A stretch of DNA of 32,273 nucleotides from Chiloscyllium plagiosum (lineage: Eukaryota), in NCBI RefSeq assembly GCF_004010195.1, contig NC_057719.1, positions 78,631,502 to 78,663,774 of the forward strand. Direction: 5' to 3'. Positions 1 through 11,367 of the stretch are shown one piece after another. How positions within the stretch are numbered: position 1 is the first letter of the stretch; each line of letters opens with the position of its first letter. A model generated the notes under the pieces. That model saw only the letters and a program-made list of their open reading frames with translations, was not told where the DNA came from and did not search any database. The translations under genes were made by a program, and so were the position numbers.

Positions 1-201
1 TTAAAGATGCCCTCCAACGCATCTCGTCCACATCCCGCACCTCCGCCCTCAGACCCAACCCCCCCAACCGCAACAAGGACAGAACGCCCATCAAAGTTTT
101 ACCTGCACATCCACTAATATCATTTATTGTATCCGTTGCTCCCGATGCGGTCTCCTCTACATTGGGGAGACTGGGCGCCTCCTAGCAGAGCGCTCTAGGG
201 A

Positions 202-403
202 NNNNNNNNNNNNNNNNNNNNNNNNNNNNNNNNNNNNNNNNNNNNNNNNNNNNNNNNNNNNNNNNNNNNNNNNNNNNNNNNNNNNNNNNNNNNNNNNNNN
301 NNNNNNNNNNNNNNNNNNNNNNNNNNNNNNNNNNNNNNNNNNNNNNNNNNNNNNNNNNNNNNNNNNNNNNNNNNNNNNNNNNNNNNNNNNNNNNNNNNNN
401 NNN
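202..403. other. Assembly gap (202 N)
   Basis: Run of n bases. Confidence 1.
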
Positions 404-741
404 CACCTCCGCTCCCTCACCACCAGACGCCTGGAGGATGAACGCCTCATCTTCCGCCTCGGAGCACTTCAACCCCAGGGCATCAATGTGGACTTCAACA
501 GTTTCCTCATTTCCCCTTCCCCCACCTCACCCTAGTTCCAAACTTCCAGCTCAGCACTGTCCCCATGACTTGTCCGGACTTGTCCTACCTGCCTATCTCC
601 TTTTCCACCTATCCATTCCACCCTCTCCTCCCTGACCTATCACCTTCATCCCCATCCCCATATATTGTACTCTCTGCTACTTTCTCTCCACCCCCACCCT
701 CTAGCTTAGCTATCCACGCTTCAGGCTCTCTGCCTTTATTC

Positions 742-769
742 CTGATGAAGGGCTTTTGCCCGAAACGTC
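742..769 (+). ncRNA. Minimal hammerhead ribozyme motif (PLE family A)
   Basis: CUGAUGA-A-GGGC(UUUU)GCCC-GAAAC-GUC: complete core, helix II and palindromic ACGU helix III. Confidence 0.8.
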
Positions 770-1095
770 AATTTCACTGCTCCTTGAATGCTGCCTGAAC
801 TGCTGTGCTCTTCCAGCACCACTCATCCAGAATCTGGTTTCCAGCATCTGCAGTCATTGTTTTTACCCCATTTACAGTCTATCCCATGTACTGCCCCCTC
901 CCCAAGACTGACATGGCTCATTCCCGATAATGTTTCCATGCCACTGACAAAGAAATGAAATGTGCAACAATAAATAAGTCATTTGGATTTTCACAAATTA
1001 GTAAGTTCATTAATTTCTTTTACGGAAGATCTTGTGAGTTCCAAATTTCAGCACCTGACACCTTCCACCTTGTCAGAGGTTGGTGAGATGATGAT

Positions 1096-1295
1096 GGGTT
1101 GAGAACTCTGGTTCTGTAATTGGAGAAGGATGAGGAGGGATCTGACTGAAACTTATGGAATATTGTGAGTCTAGGATAGAGCAGACGTTGAAAAGAATTT
1201 TCCATTGTTTGGAAAGACTAGAACCTGAGGGCACAGCCTCAGAGGGAAGGAAAGACCCTTTAGAATTGAGATGAGGAATAATTTCTTCACTAGGA
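1096..1295 (+). mobile_element. CR1 LINE fragment (ORF2 C-terminus)
   Basis: Decayed RMR.DL.ETY..., DRADVEKNFPLFGKTRT.GHSLR and RPFRIEMRNNFF segments. Confidence 0.8.
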
Positions 1296-1599
1296 TTGTG
1301 TTTCCATCTCTTACAGTCTTGTGATTACTAAACATCATACTATATTTCATGTCGACCCTGGTGGGGAAGGGTAGGTATGCAACAGCACCCCAACCCCTCT
1401 ACCAGAGACACAACCCCTAGAATTGTGGCCGTAATGTATAGTCCAACCAGGACAAATTCCCCAACCACCAGGCATCATTCACAGTAAAAATGAATGCACA
1501 TTAGTGATGGGGCAAATCACACTATTGCTAGCTCTGTGGCATTGTCTGCCCTTGACTTTGTATTCCCTGATCTAGTCTCCACTGAGGAAGCCCATTTTT

Positions 1600-1865
1600 C
1601 ACTACTCAGTCTGATAAAAAAGTCCTCAAAACTTTGAGCGGTTGTATTAAACATCTTATCAGTCTTCCCTGCTCTGAGGAAAGTGTTCATTGCTTCTCTG
1701 ATCTCTCCGCGTTACTGAAGCCTATCTTCTCTGCAAAATTCTAGTGTATCTCCCTTTGCACCTTCCCAATACGTATTGTAAACTCTGTTACTCAGAATTG
1801 AACTCTACTTTAGCTGATGCCGAACAAGTGATCTATCAAGGTTTAACATTACTTCCATTCCTTTG
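1600..1865 (-). mobile_element. Old CR1 LINE fragment
   Basis: Degenerate similarity to the minus-strand CR1 3' region at 23770-24030. Confidence 0.45.
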
Positions 1866-2219
1866 TAGCAGAGGAAAAATCTGTTCACATCAGAGAAACG
1901 CTAAGCACACTATGTGGATTTACCAGGGGCAAATAGCAGCAGAAGCCATTCTTACTTCTGCAGCTTTCCCCATTGATTTCATTGAAGAAAGCCACAGTAC
2001 ATAGTCAGTATAATACTGCTTTGAAGCAAGTTAAACAGGTCACATTTTCCCCCAAGATAACAAAGTCATATGAATCCCACGAGCATAAAGTCTATATGAG
2101 CTTTAATGTCTTTGTTCCTGCAACCCCTTTATGTCAAAGTTTCAATTCAATATTGAACTATTCCGCCTAGCAACTATTTGTGCTCCATTGGAGCCTCCTC
2201 CAGCTCACCAACTATCCGT

Positions 2220-2865
2220 CTAATCCTGTTCTTCTTGGCACCATAGTTTTCAACTCCCCGACAAATTAAAACAACTTCTCTTTATGAACTTTGTTAACCC
2301 TCACTAATCTTAAAGATCATCAGCCTTCTCTTTTTTTTTGAATAAACATGTCTGCACTATTCAGATTTTCCTGATGGTTGTATCCTGTCACCCCTGGTAT
2401 TATGCTTTTAAATAGTCCTAGTTTTCTCTCTGGTGTTTCTGAATTATTTTTGTAATATGCAGATCAGAATAGGATCCTAAATGCAGTCTGACTAAGATTC
2501 TAAATGACTTCAACTTAATTCATTTTCTTTTGAATTCTGTTCCTGTCGATACAAGCTTTCCTGCTTAATTTGCAATTTATGATTTTATTAATCAGTACTT
2601 CTACTGTAGTGGTTTGTTTGCCTATTCTCTTACATCCCATTGTGTCCTTTATTAAAAGGTACCAGCTTCTACATACCTATAAAGACATTAAGTAGCCACT
2701 TACGTTCTGTACAATTTGTTAATGCATATTTTTCTTCTCACTGTCTTCTTCAGTATTATCCAAATCACTCCAACCCCTCCACACAATTTAGTGTAGTCCA
2801 CAAATTTAACATTTTCATGATTCCAGTTCCTGAATATAAATAATTTTTGTAAATCATCAACAGCA
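2220..2865 (-). mobile_element. Old CR1 LINE fragment
   Basis: Degenerate, colinear similarity to the CR1 RT/C-terminal region of the other minus-strand copies. Confidence 0.5.
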
Positions 2866-2887
2866 GTGATTTCTGTTATAGTACTAT

Positions 2888-4715
2888 TTAGATGTAAGAA
2901 GTAGGTGCAGAAATAGGCCATTCAAGTCTGCTTCACCATTTCATGCAATTGTTGCTGATCTCATAATCCTCAATACCACATTTCTGCCTTTTCCCTATAA
3001 TCCTTGATTCCCTTACTCATTAAAAACCTGTCAATCTCAGCATTGAATGTATGTAATGACACAACCTGCTCAGCCCTCCGCGGTAAAGAACTCCACAGAC
3101 TCTCTATATCTTGACAGGAGAAATTCTTTCTCATCACGGTCTTAAATATATAACTCCTCACTCTAAGATAATGCCCTCTGGTCCCGTACTCTCCCACAAG
3201 GAGAAACAACTTCTCTGCATCTGCCCTGTCAAGTCCCCCTAAGCATCTTACACATTTCAATAAATTGCCACTCATTCTCCTCAACATAAATGCTTATGCC
3301 CAACCTACTCAACTATGCGTGCTATCTTCCTAGTGAACTTACTCTAGATTGCCTCCAATCCCAGTAATCTTTCCTTTCCAATGCTCTGGGTCTTTTCCAG
3401 AATCTAACGATTGTTCAAAGATTACTAACGGTGAATTTATTATCTCTGTAGCTATTTCCTTTAATATTCTAGGATACAACTCATTAATTCCAGGAAGCAT
3501 ATTGACTTTTAGCTCCGTTACCTTCCCTCATATTATATTAATTTCCTCTTGGATTATTTAGTATTTCTGGAATACTATTCATGTCTTTCACCGTGAAGGC
3601 ACTTACTCAGTTTCTCTTCTGGCTCCCCATTTATATTAGCCCACCCTCATTGTTTAAGGGTCCTATGTTTTGGCCTCTCCCTTAAGTTTTATTTATTCAA
3701 AGAAGCTCTCAATATCATTTTTATATTACTTGCCAGTTTACTATCCTTTTTGTTTTGGTTAACTCTTATTGGTTTTTAAAACTTTCCTAATCCTTTAGTT
3801 TACCATTAATCTTTGCAGTCATAGACTCCCAGCACGGAACGAGGCCCTTTGGCCCACCAAGTCCACACTGACTCTCCAAAGAGTATCCCACCCAGACCCA
3901 TTCCCCTACCCTATTGCTCTACGTTTACCCCTGACTAATGCACCTGACCTCCACATCCCTGAAACACTATGGGCAACTTAGCACAGCCAATTCACCTAAT
4001 CTGCACATGTTTGGATTGTGAGAGGAAACCAGAGCACCCGGAGGAAACCCACACAGACACGGGGAGAATGTGCAAACTCCACACAGACAGTCGGCCATGG
4101 CTGGAATTGAACCTGGCTTCCTGGTGCTGTGAGGCAGCAGTGCTAATCACTGAGGCACCATGCTACCCATATGTTGTTCTACAAAACTACCTTGAATACA
4201 TTCCACGAATTCTTCCTTGTGGCTACCTCTACCAATTTGATTTTTCCAATCTACTTGAAGATTAAAGTCACCCATAATTAATATACTTTTTTTTTACCAT
4301 GTCCTCGTTATCTCCTGATATAATCTCTGTGCTACAGTACAGCTACAGTTAGGTGGTATAGAGGCTGTTTTAACCAGAGTCAACTTGCTTTTGTTATTTA
4401 TTACCACCATTCAAATGGATTCCACATCTTCCAATCTGAGATCTTTTCTTCTAGTGTACTTATTCCATCTCGTACTGGCAAAACTATCCCTCCTCCCTTC
4501 TTGTCTATTTTTTTCAAAATTTCACATACCTCTGAGTGTTTACTTCTCAACTTTGATCGCTTTGTGACCATATCACTATAAACATAATAAATTAAACTGC
4601 AACAAGGCTTGAACAAATCATCACATTGCCCCAGATCTCTGTAATGGCTATAATTTCTGTAATTTTATGCCGTTAAGTTATTTACTTTGTTTTGAATATT
4701 ACATAAAGAACCAAT
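2888..4715 (-). mobile_element. Internally deleted CR1 LINE (APE, RT N-terminus and C-terminal remnants) interrupted by an HE1 SINE
   Basis: ORF 2970..3287 contains GLDRADAEKLF..GTRGH.LR..LWSSLP. 3375-3500 resembles PG..YPRILKEIATEI. 4200-4700 carries the APE motifs IMGDFNLQVDW, KKGGGIVL and IIAITE. Confidence 0.75.
3818..4168 (-). mobile_element. HE1-type V-SINE
   Basis: tRNA-like head, V-domain core (TGTGTGGAGTTTGCACATTCTCCCCGTGTCTG) and CR1-like tail. Confidence 0.9.
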
Positions 4716-5540
4716 AATTTTGGTGTTTAACAGTTTCTCCTCCTCTGACCCAACTGGTATTATTTTTAATGTTTGTGCACCCTGCTGCACTCTTGAGTGT
4801 CATGATGTACATAGCTACCTGCGATGCTGCCATATCCTTTTGCTTTGTCAGTCTATATATCCCCTCTCCTCAGCAACATCCCTGTTTCTATTTAGTTTCA
4901 AATGCTTTCTGCACCTTCTCACCTTCCATTAACTATTTCACCATGTCACATTTAACTGATGCTGGCTTTCCTCATTTGTCCAGAATTATGTGCTTTCCAC
5001 TCGAGTGCAATGAATCTCATCTGCCAGGTTTCTGCCTGTTTTGGTATAAAGTGAAAAGCCTTGGTCTTAATGTTGAATTGTTTAAACGTTCTTCCAGATC
5101 AATTTTGTTATATTTTTCTGTAATGTGTCGGTGAGAGTTGTGTGACATGAACGGTAAATTGTATTTTGGGGTTTTCTGTTAAGCCTACTTTGTTCTTTTC
5201 AGATTGGTAGCATTGTTCCCTTGAGGTTCTGGTTTATTTCACATACAGAAGTACTGGTTGACTTTCATCCAGATCTGTCTTTCCTACAGATGGATATGTG
5301 TATTCACTGTTCTGGCTTGAAAAGATGTTTTACTGCTCCAGCTGAATTTCTGCATTAAGTTGCTGATAGACAACTTAATTCACGTGAGTTTCTTTTCAGC
5401 TTGTGGCTCAGAAAACATGAAAACTGGAATGTTACAGGATTTTGGAGTTTCTGCAGGGACCAGGCAGCTTCATCACTTCAAACTAAGGGTCTGGGTTACT
5501 GACAGGAATGCATTCAAAAGGCATAGTTTAACAGCTTTCA

Positions 5541-5862
5541 TGGGGTGATACGGGGTAGCTCAGTGGTTAGCACTGCTGCCTCACAGTCCAGGGTTCGATT
5601 CCAGCTTTGGGCGACTGTCTGGGTGCCGTTTGCACATTCTCCCCGTGTCTGCTGTGGTTTCCTCCTGCAGTCCAAAGATGTATTAGGTGGATTGGCCATG
5701 CTAAATTGCCCATACTGTCCAGGGATGTGAAGGCTAGGCAGATTAGTCATGGGGAATGCAGGGTTATGGGGATGTAATAGATCTGGTTGGGATGGTCTTC
5801 GGAGGGCCATGTGGACCCGATGGGCCAAATGGCCTGCTTCCACACTGTGGGCATTCCATGAT
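5541..5862 (+). mobile_element. HE1-type V-SINE
   Basis: A box TAGCTCAGTGG, B box GGTTCGATTCC, V core, and tail GGGCCAAATGGCCTGCTTCC. Confidence 0.9.
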
Positions 5863-5991
5863 TTTGTTCTTAGTATGAGGGCTGGCCACTGATTGGCCAT
5901 TCTTAGCTACTGAAGGTGAAAACTGCACCTTTCTACAATACTTTAGCACGAATTGGACAATCAACTACATTTGGTGTCGTGTGGGACTAGA

Positions 5992-6229
5992 CGGAACCTG
6001 GGATTGACATTTTTATACAGGGAGTGGTACGCCAATGGAATGAGCTGCCAGCGGAAGTGGTTGAGGCGGGTACATTAACAACATTTAAAAGGCATTTGGA
6101 CAAATACATGGATAGGAAAGGTTTAGAAGGATATGGGCCAAGTGCTGGGAAATGGGTTAGCGTGGACAGATGTTTTGGTTAGCTTGGGCCAAAGGGCCTG
6201 TCCTCGTGCTGGAGGATCCTTTGACTCTA
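5992..6229 (+). mobile_element. CR1 LINE 3' end
   Basis: WNELPAEVVEAGTLTTFKRHLDKYMDRKGLEGYGP followed by the tail GGGCCAAAGGGCCTG. Confidence 0.9.
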
Positions 6230-6618
6230 ACCAAAGCTTATGGTCATTTTCTACTGAAGCGCCTTCATATATAACTTGTTTCCCACTCTTGGTCTCATGT
6301 TGCCAAAGGTTATCTTGCGGTACCTGTAGGGTAAGATTTGGTTGCGTTTGCATTGCAATTTTTTTAAGGGTTATTTTGCCATGAAGTTTGCTCAATCTTA
6401 CCAAACTTGCTGCATTAATCGTCTAACCTGCTCCACGGTGTCTCTCATGGCCAAATCTAACCCTACCTTACCATGTGCTATTCTCATAACAACTCACCAC
6501 TCAGATTTCTGAGCATTCACTGGCATCCCTTGCATGTCCGCCAACTTTAAAGTCTCATTGTGCACCTGGAGGAGCAGTCTGGAGCTTCGCTGCATGGTTG
6601 TTGACAATTGCCTCAGAC

Positions 6619-6844
6619 ATGACAGACAGAGAGAAAATGGCACTTGCTTTGTGGGCATGGTCCTGAAGGCTCGGCTAGACAGGATGGGGCACAGACTAGA
6701 CTTGCCCTTCGTCCAGGACATGAAGTGGAGACCAGCACACCAAACTGTGCCCGTAACCATCCAGGTTAGAGCAGTCACACCTAGAGGAATGCACAACATT
6801 GTAGGAAGAAGGTAAAAGACCTGCTACACTCTGCCATCATAAGT
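6619..6844 (+). pseudogene. Decayed Myb/SANT-like ORF exon, probably from a PIF/Harbinger transposon
   Basis: Frameshifted MTDREKMA/CFVGMVLKARLDRMGHRLDLPF...RNAQHCRKKVKDLLHSA, ending at a mutated donor ATAAGT. Confidence 0.6.
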
Positions 6845-7159
6845 GCCACCATCTTCTTTCCTAGTACCATATACCCACTCTCTCTCAGCAACTGTTTCCC
6901 CTTCCCACCAAGGCTCGTGCTCAACTGTTTTAATGAATGCCTGCAACATCTTTCCTTCATTGCTGTCATCTGACCCAATCTCTGAGCTATGCCCTGTGCA
7001 CTGCCTGCTCCCTCACTGAGGACACCTATCCACTTGCACCAGCAGCGGTCTCCTTAAATCCCTGCTTCTCTTTCATTCTAAGGAGACAGTTCCCAGTAAG
7101 GCAGACTCCCAGTTTAGGTTCTGCCAGGACCACTCTGCTCCTGAAATCATATTAGTCTT

Positions 7160-7645
7160 GTTTCAATCATGGACCAAAGACTAAAATTCCAGAGTTGAGG
7201 TACTCTAATCATCAAAGCCATCTTTAGACAAAGTGTGGCATCAAGGAGCCATAGCAAAACTGAAATCAGTGGGAATCACAGGGTGAGCTCGCTGCTGGTT
7301 GGAGTCATGAGAAGATGGGTCGTGGTTTTGCAGGTCAGTCCTCCCAGCTCCAGGACATCTCTGCATGGAGTTCCTCAGGGTAGTGTCCCAGGGCCTAGGA
7401 CATCATCAGTGATCTTCCCTCCATGACAAGGCATAGGGAAATTTGCAGATGATTACACAATGTTTAACACCATTCGTGACTCCTCAGATGCTGAAGCAGT
7501 CCATGTTCAAATGCAGCAAGACCTGGACAATATCCAGGTTGTGGCCTGAAAACTGGCAAGTCACATTCATGCTGCACGAATGCCAGACAATGCCCCATGT
7601 CCAAAAGGAGATAATCTCACCATTGTCTCTTGATATTCAGTGGTG
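7160..7645 (+). mobile_element. RT fragment of a second APE-type LINE family (family X, clade unresolved)
   Basis: IKA..DKVWHQGAIAKLKSVGI, GVPQGSVPGP, FADD and QMQQDLDNIQ..WQVTF with frameshifts. Confidence 0.85.
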
Positions 7646-8125
7646 TGGTGGGGATCATGATAGCACATGATCCAATTGGGGTGGTCCAATTGAGAGGCCA
7701 GTGTGCCAATGAAAGCAGGTTAACTTGTTCCTTGCTTCCCCCAGTCCACAAGACACATGGGAAAGGCACATATGTATTTTGTGCAACAGGTCACGTCTAT
7801 CTTCAACTGCTGGGTTTTCTGCAACCAGGAAATTTGCTTAGGTCTTAATGCAGTCCTCTGTTTTGACAATCACTACTGCCTGTCTAGTTAAAATCGTCCA
7901 CTCATAAGACCAGCCAAGTGATACTTATAACAGCATTTTAGGTCTTGCGTTCTATAGAATGATAAAAATGCGTTGTCAATAATGGGACCTTGGTTACAGC
8001 TTTGTGGCAAGGTTTCCTGTGTGTGTGGGCCCTGAGGACACACAATATACGTAAAGAGAACTGGACTACCTATTTACAAAGACCTGAGGAACCTGCTCCT
8101 ACGCTATTTAAAATTAAATCAAAGC

Positions 8126-8497
8126 TTATTCTCTCATGGAATCTGGGCATCACTGGCAAAGCCAGCATTTGTTAATTGGGCTTGAACTGAATGGTGGACT
8201 AGGGCATTTCAATGGGTAGCTAAGAATTCACCACCTTGCTATGGGTCTGGAGTCACAGGTAGATTAGATCAGGTAAGGATGGCAGATTTCCTTCCCTGAA
8301 GGACATTAGAGAAACAAATGGGATTTCATGACAATTGATCATGGTCATCATTAACTAGTTCAAAATTAGCTAGTTTTGAGTCGTGGGTCCTATAAATCAC
8401 CAACTGCTCTGGTAGGATTTGAACCCGTGCCTGAGTAATATTGGCTGAGGTCTTTGGATAACTCTCCAGTGAAGTTACCAAATCGCTGCCATTTCTC
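8126..8497 (-). mobile_element. tRNA-head SINE family B
   Basis: B box GGTTCAAATCC at 8415-8425 (minus); colinear with the copy at 28058-28407. Confidence 0.8.
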
Positions 8498-8725
8498 TGG
8501 CTTTATTGTGATGTTGAAATGAACAGTTTAACTTTTGAAAGTGGATTGTTTGGTCAGTTGCCATTAAACCTGAAACTGGACAGGTTCAAGGTGGGTTAGG
8601 TTTTGGATTCAAGATTTAAAGCATTTTTACAATTGACAGAAGTCAAATCTATTTGTTTTGGGGGTAAAAATCCCCCTTGGTCAGTTTGCCAAAACTTAGG
8701 AAAAATGCTTTATAAAGCTAACATT

Positions 8726-9028
8726 CAGAGGACCTGGGTTTGGTTCCACACTCGGGTAACTGTCTGTGTGGAGTTTGCACATTCTCCCAGTGTCTGTGTG
8801 GATTTCCTCCAGGTGCTCCAGTTTCCTCCCATAGTCCAAAGATGTGCAGATTGAGTGGATTGGCCGTGCTAAATTATGCCATGGTGTCCCGGGATGTGCA
8901 GCTGTATGGGTTAGCCATGGGAAATGCGGGGTGATGGGGATTGAGGCCTGGATTGGATGCTCCTCAGAGGGTCAGTGCAGACCCAATGGGCCAAATGGCA
9001 TCTTACCTGCACTGTAGGAATTCTATGA
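8726..9028 (+). mobile_element. HE1-type V-SINE, 5'-truncated
   Basis: V core and CR1-like tail present; A box missing. Confidence 0.9.
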
Positions 9029-10266
9029 AAAATGGTGAAGTGGCTGGGTATCTCTAAACAGCGAAGGGAAGATCTTGGAACAGTCTTGGGGACCTCAGCT
9101 CCATTTTTGTTTGTACTGGGAATCCAATAACGTTGTCAAGCTGCTTTATTAGATCAGTTTCTAAATCTTCACAGACGTTAAAAGAGGCTTTTTGACAAAG
9201 ATTACAACTTCACTGTTGGTGAGGCATGAAATGATAGAAGACCTGTTTGTCATCAGAACTCTCCAGAAAGAAGCAAGCGTTTTAATGTATTATTCATCAG
9301 CATTCTGCTGAAAGAGCTCCCATCGCTGAAGGCAGGAAGCAACACAATAATCACTGCAAGGTGCAGGGTCCCGTACTCTGGATTGTTGAATCTTCTACCT
9401 TGCCTCACATGGCTACCTGTTGCCACATGAATGGGAACCAGGCTTCAATGACTCGGCTTTATTGTGTTCATACTGAACCCTTGACCTGAGTCGCGGCCTT
9501 GTGCTCATTGAATCCACACATCATTATAGCAATAAGAACAGTTCAGATCAAGAGTTAACCCCACTTGGAACACGATTGCATCTCTCATATTGTGCTCACC
9601 CATGTGCAGAATATTTATCTTTCTACTTAAAGGACCCATTCTGTGAAAGTCTCTGCTTGAACACTTAAATAATTAATGGTGAATGAAAAGCATGTTATCA
9701 GCACATGTTGGAATGAAATTTAATAAGTAATGTTCAGAGGGGAAAAAACCACTGCTTTTTCGTATATTAATCAAGGCCAATTGTGATACTAAGGAATACA
9801 ACTTTGTCAGGGTGTTCTTTATCAAATCGGACATTAAACTGAGCCCCCCCGTCCTATCCCCCTCAGCCTTGCCCTGGCTTTCAGGTAAATCTAAAAGCTA
9901 CCAAAGCCAGCAACTGAAGAGCTCCAATCATTCAAATTTTGACAGACTTGTCGTCAACCTGAAGCAGATTTCTGGAATTCTCTCTGGATTAGCGTGCCAA
10001 GTTAACCCTGCGAGGAACAGTCCGCATGTTAGCCAGTGAGGTTACACCGAGTTGCACAGTACCTCACAGACGACAACCGCATTCACGTGAGCATGTGCTG
10101 TGTAAATTCCCACATGAGGAATTTGCAAATCCGGGTTGTGCTGGCAAGGAGATTGCCACGGGCACAGTGAAATCCAGTTTCTGCTCAGGTACCCCGAAAT
10201 AACTGATCACCACCACTGCCTGATCGACCAAGGCTTGCCAACAACTGAAGGTGGCAGCAACAGGAG

Positions 10267-10579
10267 ATTAGATTAGATTACTTACAGTGTGGAAACAGGC
10301 CCTTCGGCCCAACAAGTCCACACCGCCCCGCTGAAGCGCAACCCACCCATACCCTTACATTTACCCCTTACCTAACATTATAGGGAATTTAGCATGGCCA
10401 ATTCACCTGACCTGCACATTTTTGGACTGTGAGAGGAAACCGGAGCACCCGGAGGAAACCCACGCAGACACGGGGAGAACGTGCAAACTCCACACCGTCA
10501 GTCGCCTGAGGCGGGAACTGAACCCGGGTCTCTGGCGCTGTGAGGCAGCAGTGCTAACCACTGTGCCACCATGCCACCC
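10267..10579 (-). mobile_element. Young HE1-type V-SINE with (AATCT)n tail
   Basis: CpG-rich full-length copy flanked by CAGGAG at 10261-10266 and 10579-10584. Confidence 0.92.
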
Positions 10580-10801
10580 AGGAGGTGAGGGCTGAGGAGC
10601 AGATGGGCAAGGTCATCGCCAGTATCAGACAGAGGGTTCAAGCTAGCGATAGAGTGGAGTGGAGGGCTCGTGGTAGTGGACTGAGGGGATCAGGTGCCAG
10701 ACATGGCACTCAGAAGACAATCTCTTGAAAAGGAGCATGCATGCTGACTTCTTAGATCCTTTACCAAAGGTCAGGCATCGATGTTCAACAGAAAATCCTC
10801 A

Positions 10802-11124
10802 GGGTGTAGGTTTGCTCGCTGAGCTGTAGGTTTGATATCCAGACGTTTCATTACCTGGCTAGGTAACATCATCAGTGGCGACCTCCAAGTGAAGTGAAGC
10901 TGTTGTCTCCTGCTTTCTATTTATATCTTTCTCCTGGATGGGGTTCCTGGGGTTTGTGGTGATGTCATTTCCTGTTCGTTTTCTGAGGGGTTGACAGATG
11001 GCATCTAGATCTATGTGCTTGTTTATGGCGTTGTGGTTGGAGTGCCAGGCCTCTAGGAATTCTCTGGCATGTCTTTGCTTAGCCTGTCCCAGGATAGATG
11101 TGTTGTCCCAGTCGAAATGGTGGT
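10802..11124 (-). mobile_element. Penelope-like retroelement (family B), 3' end
   Basis: Minus strand reads HHFDWDNTSILGQAKQRHAREFLEAWHSNHNAINKHIDLD (GIY-YIG C-terminus), followed by a hammerhead motif. Confidence 0.85.
10839..10878 (-). ncRNA. Minimal hammerhead ribozyme motif (PLE family B)
   Basis: CCA-CUGAUGA-U-GUUACCU(AGCC)AGGUAAU-GAAAC-GUC-UGG: helix I CCA/UGG and a 7-bp helix II. Confidence 0.85.
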
Positions 11125-11367
11125 TGTTTTTTTTTTAAATCCGTGTTTAAAATACTCAATATTATCATTAATTATCCTCCGATAAACTGCAGCTTAGTAT
11201 TTAAAGATGTACAGTTCCTCACATAGTGGATTTGTTTTGATTGCACAAGGATTATCATTTATTTTTTGTTATTTTTAGGTCTGTTTCTTGTGGAGTGCTT
11301 TTGCATCACATGTGCTATTCTCCTGAGGAGTCCTATGATTAGATTAATTTTAACAGGAATAATAATT

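Larger units (their letters stand above)
1..867 (+). mobile_element. Penelope-like retroelement (family A), 3' part with GIY-YIG endonuclease; contains an assembly gap
   Basis: 89-200 translates to HQSFTCTSTNIIYCIRCSRCGLLYIGETGRLLAER (IY..YIG motif). After the gap it reads RRLEDERLIFRLGALQPQGINVDFN. The 3' end matches the reverse complement of 15769-15900. Confidence 0.9.

Noticed and set aside
157..472. ORFs spanning the N run
   Set aside because: Artefacts of translating the gap.
5342..5383. Possible 42-nt exon CAG/LNFCIKLLIDNLIH/GTGAGT
   Set aside because: Good donor but weak pyrimidine tract and an unrecognised peptide; such matches are expected by chance in 32 kb.
5541..5610. tRNA-like A/B box segments (also in the other SINE heads)
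   Set aside because: They continue into SINE bodies and are not stand-alone tRNA genes.
9301..9360. Possible 60-nt exon HSAERAPIAEGRKQHNNHCK
   Set aside because: Weak acceptor and weak donor (GTGCAG), with no recognisable protein.
9860..10260. Possible DNA-transposon remnant
   Set aside because: No termini, TSD or coding motif could be established.
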